This document shows positions 1-10,691 of a stretch of DNA of 64,000 nucleotides, piece after piece. A program made the position numbers and the translations under genes. The stretch is from Candidatus Latescibacterota bacterium (GTDB lineage Bacteria; Latescibacterota; UBA2968; UBA8231): positions 2,208,001-2,272,000 of the forward strand of contig OZ242214.1 in NCBI GenBank assembly GCA_965206595.1, given 5' to 3'. The notes beneath the pieces were generated by a model. That model did no database searches and had not been told where the DNA came from. It saw nothing but the letters and a program-made list of their open reading frames with translations. Every line of letters begins with the position of its first letter. Within the stretch, counting starts at the first letter, position 1.

Positions 1-65
1 ATACCGGACATGACGCTCGGAGTGCGCGCCTGCAGGTAGAGCAGGCGCTGGCGGGGTGCATTCAT
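1..65 (-). CDS. 5' end of a CDS running off the window (MNAPRQRLLYLQARTPSVMSG...)
   Basis: ATG at 65 on the minus strand, open to the window edge, AGGAG upstream, divergent from the Gfo/Idh/MocA gene. Confidence 0.35.
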   Translation of the reverse strand, partial: MNAPRQRLLYLQARTPSVMSG

Positions 66-211
66 CGAGGTTGAATCACTCCTGAAATGCGGGGAAGTAA
101 TAGCAGAAAAACCAATCGACTCAAGCCGAGGGACCGGGGATCCGGATGGGCTTGACCCCCGGGGGCGGGAAACTTCATATGCGAAACGTACACTCAGGAA
201 GCGGGAGCAGA

Positions 212-1219
212 ATGCCGAAACAGCGAATAGCGATTGCGGGAGCCGGGAACATGGCCCGTACCCGGGGCCGGGCGTTTCTGGAAACCGGCCGTGCGGAAAT
301 CTGCGGCGTCGCCGCCCGGCGCGCACAGCGTGCCGAAATCTGCGCTGCGGAGTTGGGGTGCGATGATTTCTTCGATGACTTTCGCCGCTTGGGGGAGACC
401 GGACCGGACGCGATCCTCATCGAGGTTCCGCATCGCGTTCAGGACGAGATCTCCATCTGGGCGCTGGATGCCGGTTACGACCTCCTCGTGGGCGGCTGTC
501 TGGCCTCGAGCGTGGAAAACGGGCGCCGGATCGCGGAAATGGCGGCCCGGAACAGGCGGATTGTGGAGGCCGGGTTCCAGCGCCGGTACGACCCTGCCTG
601 GGAGGAAATCCACCGCCTGGTGGCGGGAAGGGAACTGGGGGCGCCGGTGATGGCCGTGACCATGGCCCTGTGGAACCCGGACCCGGAGGGGTGGTACTGC
701 GACCAGGAGGAAAGCGGGGGGATGCCGCTTACCCACATGAGCTACTGCTACCTCAATGCCGTCCGCTGGATTCTGGGGAAGCCGGCCACCGTGTCGGCGA
801 TGGCCAACCGGATGCGGAACACCGCTCCCGGCCGCGTGGTGGAGGAGACCTGCGGGGCCCTGATCGGATTCGAAAACGGCGCCTTCGCTTCGGCCACCGC
901 CAGCTATATCGGCCCGGAGGGCATGCCCGACCCGCAGCCTCGTTTTGTCTGCTCGGAGGGAGGGATTCAGCCGAATGCCGACAACCCCCCCGGCAAGGAT
1001 TCCATCACCGTTTTTCGAGGGGGCGGTTCCGAGGTTCGCGCCTTTGAGACCGAGCCGTCTCCGCATGTCCGGCAGGCAGCCGCCTTTCTCGATGCCATGG
1101 AGAGCCGCCGCCAGGCCCGCAATCCTCCCGAAGATGCCCTGCTGGATGTCGAAATCGCTGAAGCCGTCTCGGTTTCGGCGAGGGAAGGAAGGACGGTTTC
1201 GCTGGATGAAATGCGGTAG
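212..1219 (+). CDS. Gfo/Idh/MocA family oxidoreductase (copy 1)
   Basis: Rossmann motif RIAIAGAGNMA and GFQRRYDP motif; close paralog of 8903..9910, which fixes the start at MPKQR. Confidence 0.9.
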   Translation: MPKQRIAIAGAGNMARTRGRAFLETGRAEICGVAARRAQRAEICAAELGCDDFFDDFRRLGETGPDAILIEVPHRVQDEISIWALDAGYDLLVGGCLASSVENGRRIAEMAARNRRIVEAGFQRRYDPAWEEIHRLVAGRELGAPVMAVTMALWNPDPEGWYCDQEESGGMPLTHMSYCYLNAVRWILGKPATVSAMANRMRNTAPGRVVEETCGALIGFENGAFASATASYIGPEGMPDPQPRFVCSEGGIQPNADNPPGKDSITVFRGGGSEVRAFETEPSPHVRQAAAFLDAMESRRQARNPPEDALLDVEIAEAVSVSAREGRTVSLDEMR

Positions 1220-1293
1220 CCGCTCGCCATGGGGCGCAAATGGATGAAGCACACCCATCCTGGTAGAGACATCGGAACGACCGCCGACCCGGT

Positions 1294-2050
1294 TCAGCCC
1301 CGGAAGCCCGCAGGCTGACCACCTGCCCAGTTCCGATACTCCTCCCATGCGTCTTCACGGCTCACGAACGTCTTGAAGACCGCACGGGCACTGAAGGTAT
1401 ACTGGGTCAACGGCTGGCAATCCTTTATGAGCATGGCAAAGTCCCACGCCGGATTCGTCAGTCCGCCCCCTGTCGGCTGAACCGCGAACCGCAGGGACTC
1501 GGTGCTCCGGAACATCAGTTGGAGCATCATGTTGCGCCAGCATCCGAAAAAGAACGGATGGACGTACCGGACAGGTCGGATGTTGTGGAACAATCCCCCC
1601 TTCGGATCCGGTTCACCCTTGACCAGCGCACCCGCTTCGCTCGCAAAGACACGCGCGTTCAGCGGCTGTTCCCCCAACGATTCAACCCATTGCTCGGAAC
1701 CGTTTTCGTCCGCACGGCCGAGGAAGCAGGTGGTCCTGTTTTCGGGGTTGTGGATGTAGCTTGCCCAGAACAGCCCCAGCCAATCCCCCTCGAAGGCGCC
1801 GGGATGGGCAACGCACGTGGTTTCCAGATCGATGTAGTGCGGCGGTACGAGGGTGAAGGTGGTGCTGACCTCGAGGCGGCGGGGTTCGGGGATAGCGGTA
1901 GTCAGTTGGACCGAATTGTCGTCGAGCCTGGTGAGTCGGCTCGGCGTTGGCGGGGTTCGAGCTTGCCAGCGAGCCAACGGGAATCAAACGATTTGCCTGA
2001 CCGGTCAAAGACGAACTTGGAGCTCAGGCTGCTCTCTTGTACCGTCCGCA
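1294..2050 (-). pseudogene. 5'-truncated, frameshifted copy of the hypothetical gene at 7820..8767
   Basis: The C-terminal ~220 aa align closely to 7820..8767; nucleotide similarity continues with indels to ~2050 and then stops. Confidence 0.8.
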
Positions 2051-2191
2051 GGGCCCTGGGCCGGCTGGGTCAGCGAATCCACATAGGGAGGGAGTAGTAC
2101 ATGGGGGGAGTTCCCGCCGATGGTTTGCCAGATGGAGTTCTGGAGACCATCGAAATGACTCAGCACAACCCCACCCTCTCCGGGAATTTCT

Positions 2192-3061
2192 CTATTCTCC
2201 AACTGGTTCTGATGTACCCAAATGAAAAGAGCCCTCCCGGTTAGAAATAAAGCACTGATTCTTACCGTCAGGCGACCAAGACAGCTGCCAGTCGTCTTGG
2301 TGTGCAGGATCGAACATCCTTACGTTCGTTCCATCCGAGGTCATAATAAAAATCAGGTTTCCCCCACCCCGGTCGGACGAAAAGGCGATCTCACCATTAG
2401 GAGACCAAGCCGGATTCCAATCCTTCCCTGGATGATCGGTCAGTCGGGTAATCACCCCGCTTCCGATGTCCACTACACAGACATCCAAATTACCAAAGCG
2501 TTCACTTTCGAAAGCTAGTTTTGTTCCGTCAGGCGACCAGGAAGATCGAGCGTCCATGCTCTCATGATTGGTCAAATTACGTAGGCTCCCGTCATGATCT
2601 GCAAGGTAAACTTCCAGATTCCCGTCCCGAAATGTAGTGAAGGCCAGCGATTTCCCGTCCGGAGACCAAGCTGGGTGGATACCATCAGCCATGATAAAAT
2701 TGATTTTCCCTTCGGAATCAAAGCGGTAAATGTCAAATGAGCTTTTACCCATTGCTGCGAAGGTCACTTCTCCATTGGGGTGCCAAGAAATACCTCCTGT
2801 AGATGTCAGCGGTGTTTCCAGCGGTATGGTCTTCAGCAGTTCTCCTGTAGTGGATCTAAAATAAAAATGGTTTCCTTCACCAGTATGGCGAAAATAGCAG
2901 ATCATTTCCCCGTTAGGGGACCAGATCGGAGTGACCGCACCAGAATCGGATAACCGCCGTATTATTCCATCCGTAGAGCAGTAAACGCTTCCACTTGGAT
3001 CGTGGGAATTGGCGTTAGAATAAAAAAGAAAAAGAAAACCTAAAGCCAACCAAGTATTCAT
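2192..3061 (-). CDS. TolB-like beta-propeller protein (PD40 repeats), secreted
   Basis: Repeated P(A/S)WSPDG motifs, N-terminal signal peptide, GGAGG before ATG 3061; lower GC than flanks. Confidence 0.85.
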   Translation of the reverse strand: MNTWLALGFLFLFYSNANSHDPSGSVYCSTDGIIRRLSDSGAVTPIWSPNGEMICYFRHTGEGNHFYFRSTTGELLKTIPLETPLTSTGGISWHPNGEVTFAAMGKSSFDIYRFDSEGKINFIMADGIHPAWSPDGKSLAFTTFRDGNLEVYLADHDGSLRNLTNHESMDARSSWSPDGTKLAFESERFGNLDVCVVDIGSGVITRLTDHPGKDWNPAWSPNGEIAFSSDRGGGNLIFIMTSDGTNVRMFDPAHQDDWQLSWSPDGKNQCFISNREGSFHLGTSEPVGE

Positions 3062-3385
3062 TAAACCTCCATTAGGCGTAATCAGGGAAATAGGAAACAA
3101 GATTTGTCTCCCCTTGAAAAAGAATGAAAGTTGCTTTTGAGGCTTCAGACCAGCGGTAAGGTAAGGGGCAATAAACAGGTATTTGGCATCTACGTAATCC
3201 GTAATCCGAAAAGATGATTCATTTTTGAGGTTCTACTTGGGGGTTATCCTAAAATTCCGGGGGCCCGGTGAAACCTTTGAAAAGCCTTGCTTGGTTGAGC
3301 TGCAGCATTTGAAACCTGCACACCCCCGCCCGGGAAACACTCGCCTGAAGTCCTCCTCGATCAGAGCAAGAATAGCACATAATTC

Positions 3386-4279
3386 TCATTCCAGGGAAGC
3401 TTTTATTTTCCCCCAGGTCATGAATTCTACGGCTGTTCCCAGAGCGGGAAGCAGTAGGCCATCAACCAGCATATCAGCCTCACCACCAGTGAGATATTCT
3501 CCCGCACCCGGATCCTCAATTAATCCTGGTTTCCACTGTGTAGGGGCAGTAGGGTTTTCAGATGGATCTACGTCATGAATAACGGGAGCGAACCCAATAA
3601 TCTGTCTGGGCAATAAATCGCTGAAAAGGGTTTCTTCCGGACTACTTCCCCACGCATCCTGGGGTGTGACATACATTTCAATAACCCATGTAACGGGGTT
3701 TTCTCCTACTACTTCTCCACCAGAATCCGCATAGGGAGGTAAAAAATGCCATGGTTGGTTTATCATAGTCGGACCTTCGGTCCCAATGGCTGGGCGGCTA
3801 ACTGTTTGAGAGATAACATCGTACATCTGGGTTTGACCAAAAATGATCGGATACTCCGCAATTGGCGTCTCATTCCGACCCCCTTTTCCCCCACTGTGAT
3901 CAGCGTCGATCAGAAGACAGATGCTATCGTTCAAAAAAATCCTGTTCTTCAAACCCGGGGCGGACCAATCATGGGTGTTTTTGTATTCATCATCTATCAT
4001 AAAAAAGGCTGCATAGATGCGGTTCGATTCATCATGCCAGGCAAGCCAGATACGAAAATCGAGATCCGATGGGTCGGGTTGTTCGAAGCCTCCTAGAACA
4101 TCAAAATCCAACAAAGTCATGGAAGGTTCCCCTATCTCATACCATTCATCAATAAGACCATCATGGATGTCAATTTTCTCCACCATTGCATCGGTAAGTT
4201 CATAAATTGGGAACAGACGGTCGCCGCTATGAGCTGACACTATGGCGGTACACAAAAATAATATGATAAAGGGTTTCAT
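3386..4279 (-). CDS. Secreted CBM9/DOMON-like protein with C-terminal TAVE..TWGKIK motif
   Basis: Signal peptide MKPFIILFLCTAIVSA; DG.IDEW and FRIWLAW..NRIY motifs; paralog of 58867..59814. Confidence 0.7.
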   Translation of the reverse strand: MKPFIILFLCTAIVSAHSGDRLFPIYELTDAMVEKIDIHDGLIDEWYEIGEPSMTLLDFDVLGGFEQPDPSDLDFRIWLAWHDESNRIYAAFFMIDDEYKNTHDWSAPGLKNRIFLNDSICLLIDADHSGGKGGRNETPIAEYPIIFGQTQMYDVISQTVSRPAIGTEGPTMINQPWHFLPPYADSGGEVVGENPVTWVIEMYVTPQDAWGSSPEETLFSDLLPRQIIGFAPVIHDVDPSENPTAPTQWKPGLIEDPGAGEYLTGGEADMLVDGLLLPALGTAVEFMTWGKIKASLE

Positions 4280-4329
4280 TCCCCTAAATTTCCTTTCTTT
4301 TTTTAACGAAATAAGTTTATCAGGATCTT

Positions 4330-4482
4330 TGTTGTTTCCTATGCTTGGTGCATTTAACAAACATTAGGAAACAACCTATGACCGCTATGAAGTTTCGTCT
4401 CCAGGCTGGAGACTTCAAGGGATTTCAAGCGGTGAGCGTGTGGTTCGAAGGACGCGGGGAAGGAGACGGCCGTCGTGGTTAC
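4330..4482 (+). pseudogene. Degenerate ISL3 5' fragment
   Basis: cctatgcttggtg...cctatgaccgctatgaagtt...ttcgaaggacgcgggga matches 18338-18500 with indels. Confidence 0.75.
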
Positions 4483-4586
4483 GATCGAGGATAGAGGGTA
4501 GCACGAAATTCGATGGAACTGGGTATTTTTGGTAGAACGAAGGCATCCCCCGCTTTCGTTTCCCCTGGCTATGAGAGAGGTTGTTC

Positions 4587-5300
4587 ATGCCAGGTATCGT
4601 TGATTTTCCCACGGTGGTTGAAGAAGCGGTGTCCCTTCGCCAACGCCCCGGAAGGAACCACGAAGGTATCGACGATCAACGCCGTTCCTCGAGACCACCG
4701 CGCCTGAACCGCTCACCCAGGGGATGGGACTGGGCCCCAGGACCGACCGCTATTGATCGCCATCACCAACCCTGGTCGGCACCGACTGGGCATTCCGCGC
4801 CATAGGATTGCCGACATCGCGGGACATCACATCCTAGGTTGAAGACTCTTCAGGAGCGAGCTGTTCAAAGAGCGATCGTTTTCCGAAGATCTCCTTACGC
4901 CAAGGGCACATCGTCATGACCGGCTACGTCTACGAGTTCAAGGGCCTCGATGCGCATCCGAGGAGGGGTCGGCAAGCGCAAACTGGTGATGCCCAAGCTC
5001 ACCGGGTTCGCCTGGTGATCCGCCACCAGGGAAGCCAAGTTTCTTATCGCGTACACTGGGAGATCACTGAAATGTCGCAAACGCTGGACGCCGAATCCTG
5101 AGAGCACCATCTATGGGTGACTGTCAGACGCAGCGAGGGGCGGCAGATGGCGAGTCTGCTCGAATGCGGCAGTTGATCTCATACCTCACGCGCAAGCCTG
5201 TCGAGGGTGTGGGCGTCGGCCATAACAAGAGCGGTCGTCGCACACCCTGCGGATCAAAAGTGTTACGATCAACCAACAATGGCGCTGTTGGATCAGTTGC
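4587..5300 (+). pseudogene. Heavily decayed IS701-like transposase remnant (a short ISL3-like patch lies near 4885-4940)
   Basis: Scattered peptide remnants MPGIVDFPTVVEEAV, FANAPE, HRVRLVI, RVHWEIT and MGDCQ across several frames; right boundary approximate. Confidence 0.5.
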
Positions 5301-5391
5301 ACCGATCATTGCGAGCCGACTGCGGAGACTCTGGGCGTCGACAAAATCTCCTAGACACGTACCCTGGTACGACCCTCGCTGAGGGGCTGTG

Positions 5392-5897
5392 ACTCATCGC
5401 AACAACGGCAAACACCGAACCGATTCTGTGCTTATTGTGACCGATGACAGAACACGTGTATGCACACATCCCGTCTGACTTCCTCAGACAGGGTGATAGC
5501 GGGCTCCAATTATCATCACAGAATACGGTCATGAGCATCTACGACCCTGCCAAGAAAACCCCTCTGGACCAACAACAAGGCGCCATATTTCTGAAATCCC
5601 GGTTGGTGGGACGCTGAGCACTTACTGGTCCCCGCTTTTACTCATCGCAACAACGGCAAACATTGAACTTATTGTGACCGATGACAGAACACAAGTATGC
5701 ACAATCCCGTCTGACTCAGAAGGGTGATAGTGGTGCCAATTATCATCACATGAATACGGTTTTCCAAAAGCATCTACAGATGTTCCACTGCCCAAGAAAA
5801 TCCCTCCAACTAGCAGAACAGCAACAACAAGATGCTTTAACTTAGTTGGCCTCCCTTGAACATCCCGGTTGGTTGGGAATCGCTGAAGCGACTTACC
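5392..5897. repeat. Imperfect tandem duplication (~5392-5626 and ~5640-5897)
   Basis: Both units start actcatcgcaacaacggcaaaca and share cttattgtgaccgatgacagaacac, ccaattatcatcaca and atcccggttggt; they differ by many indels. Confidence 0.85.
5622..5840 (-). CDS. Small putative secreted protein, possibly a fragment
   Basis: Signal-peptide-like KHLVVAVLLVGGIFLGSGTSVDA in the ORF-bearing repeat unit; start uncertain. Confidence 0.35.
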   Translation of the reverse strand, partial: LKHLVVAVLLVGGIFLGSGTSVDAFGKPYSCDDNWHHYHPSESDGIVHTCVLSSVTISSMFAVVAMSKSGDQ

Positions 5898-6039
5898 GGG
5901 CAAGAAAAGTCGCCCCGAAACATTGATAAACAAATTTGTTTTTTATACCTACACGACTTTCGGAAATTCTCCTGACAATGTGTCCGCGTTCGTGCTGCAC
6001 TTCCATTGGTACCCAAGATAAGGCATGATGTAATTCGAC

Positions 6040-6160
6040 CACAAGGTTTTTTCTTGCCCAATTCCCATATTTGGGAAAATCCTATTCCTGAATCTGGCCA
6101 TCAAGCTCTGATCCGTATCCGTGATTTGGTCCTTAAATCGACTCCGACGCCGATTCTCAT
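6040..6160 (-). pseudogene. Decayed partner gene of the AAA ATPase (DUF4276/TOPRIM-like start MRIGVGV)
   Basis: ATGA overlap with the ATPase stop; the frame closes after ~19 codons. Confidence 0.4.
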
Positions 6161-7368
6161 GGGACCGCTCCGACCGCACCCTGCGACCACAACTCACCAA
6201 GGGTGAAGTGCTCTCGGAACTGGTCGATGTCGACCACGTTCGATGCCCTCTGGAGTTTCGTGAATCCATCCTTTTTTTCACAGAGAATGACCTCCTGAGG
6301 TTCCAGGTGATCGAGCAGGGCCGGGCAGTGAGTGGTTACGATGATCTGACTCCGCTCCGAGGCGGACCTCAGAATCTCCACCAGGTATTCCGCCAGGTGA
6401 GGGTGCACCCCGTTTTCCGGCTCCTCGATCGTGATGAGGGGTGAGTCCTGCACGCTCCTGGTAGTGACGACGAGAAGAGCAAGCAACCGGACGGTACCGT
6501 CCGAGACTGATGCAGGATTGATTGCTGCCTTGAGCTTGTCCTCTACGATCTGAAAGGCCAGCGTGTCTTCAATCGGCAGCTTTGTTGTCCTTATTTCCCT
6601 GAGTCCCGGCACAATCGCACTCAGTTCCCGGGATATCGAAACTCGGTCCTCCTCGCTCATCCTGTGTAGAATCGCGGCGAGCTTCTCTCCTGCTGGGCCG
6701 AGGGTAGCGTCGGGTTCTTCTCGATATGGCTGTCTTGCAACACTCGGAATGAAGTTGTGGAATCTCCAACCCCTGATCTCTTCCCTGAGGATGGTGCCCG
6801 GCATTGAAAAGAATCCGACTCCTACGAGGGCGAGTCGGGTCGGTTCCTGCTCCGGAACGGCAAGTGTCCTTTTCGTGCCATACCCCGTTGTCGGATCCAT
6901 GACGACAAGCATTGTGCCAGACCTCTCCAAGCCAATGGCATGCGTCTTGCCGTTCCTCACGAGTTCTGCTTTGAGGAATTCTCCTTCGATGCTGGGAATC
7001 GCATCACTCCTCAGGTCGAGTTGCAGTTGGTATTCGAAGGATCGGACGACACTAAGGTCCTTCTTCTTGTCCGAATCTTGCGGCAGGGAGACTCCGAACT
7101 CCTTCTCGAGTTTCAGCGACAGCCGGACCGGTTTCGGTTCCCGGCGCTGGCGGAGGCGTTTGTTCCTGACTTCGGCATTGCCGCCCATCTCGCTCACGGC
7201 ATAGGACACGTCGTGAATTACAGCGTTCTGCAGAAATCTCAAGGCCGAGAGCAGGTTTGTCTTTCCAGATGCGTTGGCGCCAACCACGAAATTGAACGAC
7301 CCCAACTCGATCGTTTCTACTGGTGAGCCAAAGCTCTTGAAGCCTTCGATCCGGAGTTCAGTGATCAT
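6157..7368 (-). CDS. ABC-type/SMC-like AAA ATPase (AAA_21 family)
   Basis: Walker A GANASGKT, signature VSDGT, Walker B ITIEEPENGVHP, H-loop VTTH. Confidence 0.9.
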   Translation of the reverse strand: MITELRIEGFKSFGSPVETIELGSFNFVVGANASGKTNLLSALRFLQNAVIHDVSYAVSEMGGNAEVRNKRLRQRREPKPVRLSLKLEKEFGVSLPQDSDKKKDLSVVRSFEYQLQLDLRSDAIPSIEGEFLKAELVRNGKTHAIGLERSGTMLVVMDPTTGYGTKRTLAVPEQEPTRLALVGVGFFSMPGTILREEIRGWRFHNFIPSVARQPYREEPDATLGPAGEKLAAILHRMSEEDRVSISRELSAIVPGLREIRTTKLPIEDTLAFQIVEDKLKAAINPASVSDGTVRLLALLVVTTRSVQDSPLITIEEPENGVHPHLAEYLVEILRSASERSQIIVTTHCPALLDHLEPQEVILCEKKDGFTKLQRASNVVDIDQFREHFTLGELWSQGAVGAVP

Positions 7369-7819
7369 CGTGCTCTTGTCCTTCGGGGATGCCCGATCTT
7401 GCGGGCTCTCCCGGGCAAGCCCGTCTCACCCGAAACCACGTCGTGTCCGGATCGCAGCCAGGCAGCAACGGATTGCCGAGGAGTTCGGTGTGTGGAAGGT
7501 GGAAAAAAGCCTCCGAAAATACCTGCGTCTGCTCCCCCTGCCAGGCACCCTGGAGGCGACAGCACGGGCGCAGCCTGAACCGGAACCGGCGATGAATCAG
7601 GGAAAATAAGCACAGATTTCGGTACTGTGCAGTTCGCTGAAAACCTACGCAAGGGGCCTAACAGGGTCCCTGATGTATGGCGGCGCACAAGGTGAAAAGG
7701 CGATGACTTCCAAGCCACCGCCCCCAGCGGCGCAGGCGCTAACCCCGGGGGCAAAGACACCCGGCAAGCAGAACCGCACACCTCAGCACCGACGCGGTTC
7801 AGCGCCGGAAGCCCGCAGG

Positions 7820-8767
7820 CTAACCACCTTCCCAGTTCCGATACTCTTCCCAGGCGTCTTCACGGCTTGCGAACGGCTTGAAGACCGCGCGGGCACTGAA
7901 GGTATACTGGGTCAGCGGTTGGCAATTCTTAATGAGGATGGAAAAGTCCCACGCCGGATTCGTCAGTCCGCCCCCTGTGGGCTGAATCGCGAATCGCAGG
8001 GACTCGGCGCTCCGGAACATCAGTTGGAGTATCATGTTGCGCCAGCATCCGAAGAAGAACGGATGGACGTACCGGACGGGGCGGATGTTGTGGAACAAGC
8101 CGCCATCCGGATCCGGCTCACCCTGGACCAGCGCATCGGCTTCGTCCGCAAAGACACGCGGGTTCAGCGGCTGTTCCGCCAACGATTCAACCCATTGCTC
8201 GGGGCCGTCCTCGTCGGGGCGGCCGAGGAAGCAGGTGGTCTTGTTTTCGGGGCTGTGGATATAGCTCGCCCAGAACAGCCCAAGCCAATCCCCCTCGAAA
8301 GCGCCGGGATGGGCAACGCACGTGGTTTCCAGGTCGATGTAATGCGGCGGTACGAGGGTAAAGGTCGTTCTGACCTCGATGCGGCGGGGCTCGGGGATGG
8401 CGGTCGTCAGTTCCACCGAATTGTCGTCGAGCCGGGTGAGTCGGCTCGGCGTTGGCGGGGTTCCGAGCTTGCCGCCGAGCCAACGGGGAATCATCGATTT
8501 GCCGGACCGGTCGTAGATGAACTCGAAGTTCAGGCTGCTCCCCCATGCCGTCCGGAAGACGTTCTCCTGCGGGCCGCGCCGGCTGTAGAGCTGGCGCACA
8601 CCGTTGTACCCGTTCGCCCGTTCAAAAGGGAAAGCGACGTCGTCATAACGGCCTTCCTTGTTCGCCCGGGAGAGTTCATCGACCCGTTTTTGGGGGAAAC
8701 CTCCTCCGTCGTTGTTGTCTACCACCTCGACGAACAGGTCACCATCCATGAAAAATTGACTTGCCAT
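7820..8767 (-). CDS. Hypothetical protein, possibly galactose-mutarotase-like
   Basis: 315-aa intact ORF with GYNG, LFWASYI and PAWDF motifs; conserved paralog at 1294-2050. Confidence 0.75.
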   Translation of the reverse strand: MASQFFMDGDLFVEVVDNNDGGGFPQKRVDELSRANKEGRYDDVAFPFERANGYNGVRQLYSRRGPQENVFRTAWGSSLNFEFIYDRSGKSMIPRWLGGKLGTPPTPSRLTRLDDNSVELTTAIPEPRRIEVRTTFTLVPPHYIDLETTCVAHPGAFEGDWLGLFWASYIHSPENKTTCFLGRPDEDGPEQWVESLAEQPLNPRVFADEADALVQGEPDPDGGLFHNIRPVRYVHPFFFGCWRNMILQLMFRSAESLRFAIQPTGGGLTNPAWDFSILIKNCQPLTQYTFSARAVFKPFASREDAWEEYRNWEGG

Positions 8768-8902
8768 GGTAAAAGCCCTTCAACTATCGGTTGAGTTTTG
8801 CCTACTGTGTCTGTGGCAACTGAGGTTTGTAGTCGTGCGATTGGTTGGGCATGGATTCGCTGCTGCGGGAATTAAACTCGAAAAAGCGGGAGCGGTAGCA
8901 CA

Positions 8903-9910
8903 ATGCCGAAACAGCGAATAGCGATTGTGGGAGCGGGGAACATGGCCCGGACTCGGGGCCGGGCGTTTCTGGAGACCGGGCGTGCGGAAATCAGCGGTGT
9001 CGCCTCCCGGCGCGCGCAGCGCGCTGAGAGGTGCGGGGCCGAGCTTGGGTGCGGCGTTTTCTTCGATGACTTCCGCCGATTGGAGGAAGCCCGGCCGGAC
9101 GCGGTCCTGATCGAGGTTCCGCACCGCGTTCAGGACGAGGTCTCTCTATGGGCGCTGGATGCCGGTTACGACCTCCTGGTGGGCGGATGTCTGGCTTCGA
9201 GTTCGGAAAACGCGCGCAAGATCGTGGAAATGGCGGCCCGGAACAGTCGCATTGTGGAGGCCGGGTTCCAGCGCCGTTACGACCCCGCCTGGGAGGAGAT
9301 CCGGCGCCTGGTGGCGGGAAGGGAACTGGGGGCGCCGGTGATGGCCGTGACCATGGCCCTGTGGAACCCGGACCCGGACGGGTGGTACTGTGACCAGGAG
9401 GCGAGCGGGGGGATGCCGCTGACCCACATGAGTTACTGCTATCTCAATGCCGTCCGCTGGATTCTCGGCAGGCCGACCACCGTGTCCGCAATGGCCAATC
9501 GGATGCGAAATACGGCTCCCGGTCACGTAGTGGAAGAGACATGCGGGGCCCTGATCGGATTTGAAAACGGGGCCTTCGCTTCGGCCACCGCCAGTTATAT
9601 CGGGCCGGAGGGCATGCCCGACCCACAGCCGCGATTTGTCTGCGCCGAGGGTGGGATCCTGCCCAATGCCGACAGCCCGCCCGGCAAGGATTCCATTACC
9701 GTTTTCCAGAGGGGCCGTTCCGAGGTGCGCGCTTTTGAGAACTCGCCTTCTCCGCTTGTCCGGCAGGCAGCCGCCTTTCTGGATGCCATGGAAAGCCGTC
9801 GCGAAGCCCGCAATCCTCCGGAAGATGCCCTGCTGGATGTCGAAATTGCCGGAGCCGTCTCGGTTTCGGCCAGGGAACACAGGACGGTCTCGCTGGCGGA
9901 AATGCGGTAG
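8903..9910 (+). CDS. Gfo/Idh/MocA family oxidoreductase (copy 2)
   Basis: RIAIVGAGNMA Rossmann motif; paralog of 212..1219. Confidence 0.9.
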   Translation: MPKQRIAIVGAGNMARTRGRAFLETGRAEISGVASRRAQRAERCGAELGCGVFFDDFRRLEEARPDAVLIEVPHRVQDEVSLWALDAGYDLLVGGCLASSSENARKIVEMAARNSRIVEAGFQRRYDPAWEEIRRLVAGRELGAPVMAVTMALWNPDPDGWYCDQEASGGMPLTHMSYCYLNAVRWILGRPTTVSAMANRMRNTAPGHVVEETCGALIGFENGAFASATASYIGPEGMPDPQPRFVCAEGGILPNADSPPGKDSITVFQRGRSEVRAFENSPSPLVRQAAAFLDAMESRREARNPPEDALLDVEIAGAVSVSAREHRTVSLAEMR

Positions 9911-10046
9911 GTCCGGATGGATCCGGCAAAAATTGCCGAGCGATAGTTGCACAATGGTCGATGTGAGCCTGCGTGGATAAGAGGTATGATGTACGGACAG
10001 AACGGCCGGATCGGCTTATTTGTGCCTTCGGGTCAATACAGCAAGA

Positions 10047-10362
10047 CAGCTCCTTGAGGATCGTTTGCCAGTCCTTCGATCGAGCTCGCAGTACAGTTTG
10101 GTTGCCTGTCCGCCCGTATCCGCATCAATCCGGGGCCTGAGGGACCGTTGAGGGCACACCCAGCCATACACCCGGCGACGGCGACGGGTCGAGAAGGCAA
10201 GTCAGCGAACTCGAACGGCGGCTTCGGCGGGGCCCTGACAGGGGCCAACGCCGGGGCCGGGCCGGCAAACCAACCCCGGTCAAATAGCACCGGATCGAGG
10301 CCGGATCGGTCAGGGAACACCCGCGCCAGCAGGGTCGCCCACCGCAGCCGATGGCCGCAGGG
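10047..10362 (-). mobile_element. IS91/ISCR-like 3' fragment A (transposase C-terminus plus 3' region, terminal oriIS missing)
   Basis: CGHRLRWATLLARVF and DPASIRCYLTGVGLP peptides; DNA shared with the 13455, 22617 and 25892 copies. Confidence 0.75.
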
Positions 10363-10691
10363 TGGGGATTGAGGTTCAAGGTGGAACCGAACCGCTAGAC
10401 GAAGGTCACCGAGCCCCAACGCGCGTCATGGCCCATGGCCTGCGTCTCGTCGGCCTCCTCAGGCGACTTGAGATTCCCGTGGAGTTCCGCCTCAGCAGCC
10501 CAGAGGACGGTGATGTCGTCGCCGCTTATGGGTACGACAGTCTTGTTGTTCATGCCTCTATGCTGGTGGCGTTGAGGAGAATCGACGGCGAAATGCGCAA
10601 AGAACTCCTCATGGAGATGCGGCCGAGCTTGTACCGCCCGGCCGCATCCTCCACCATCTGCTTGGTCAGACTCTCTTTAGACGGTTTGCAA

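Noticed and set aside
5392-5897. Tandem units as a diversity-generating retroelement template/variable repeat pair
   Set aside because: Differences are mostly indels rather than adenine-specific substitutions, and no reverse transcriptase is in the window.
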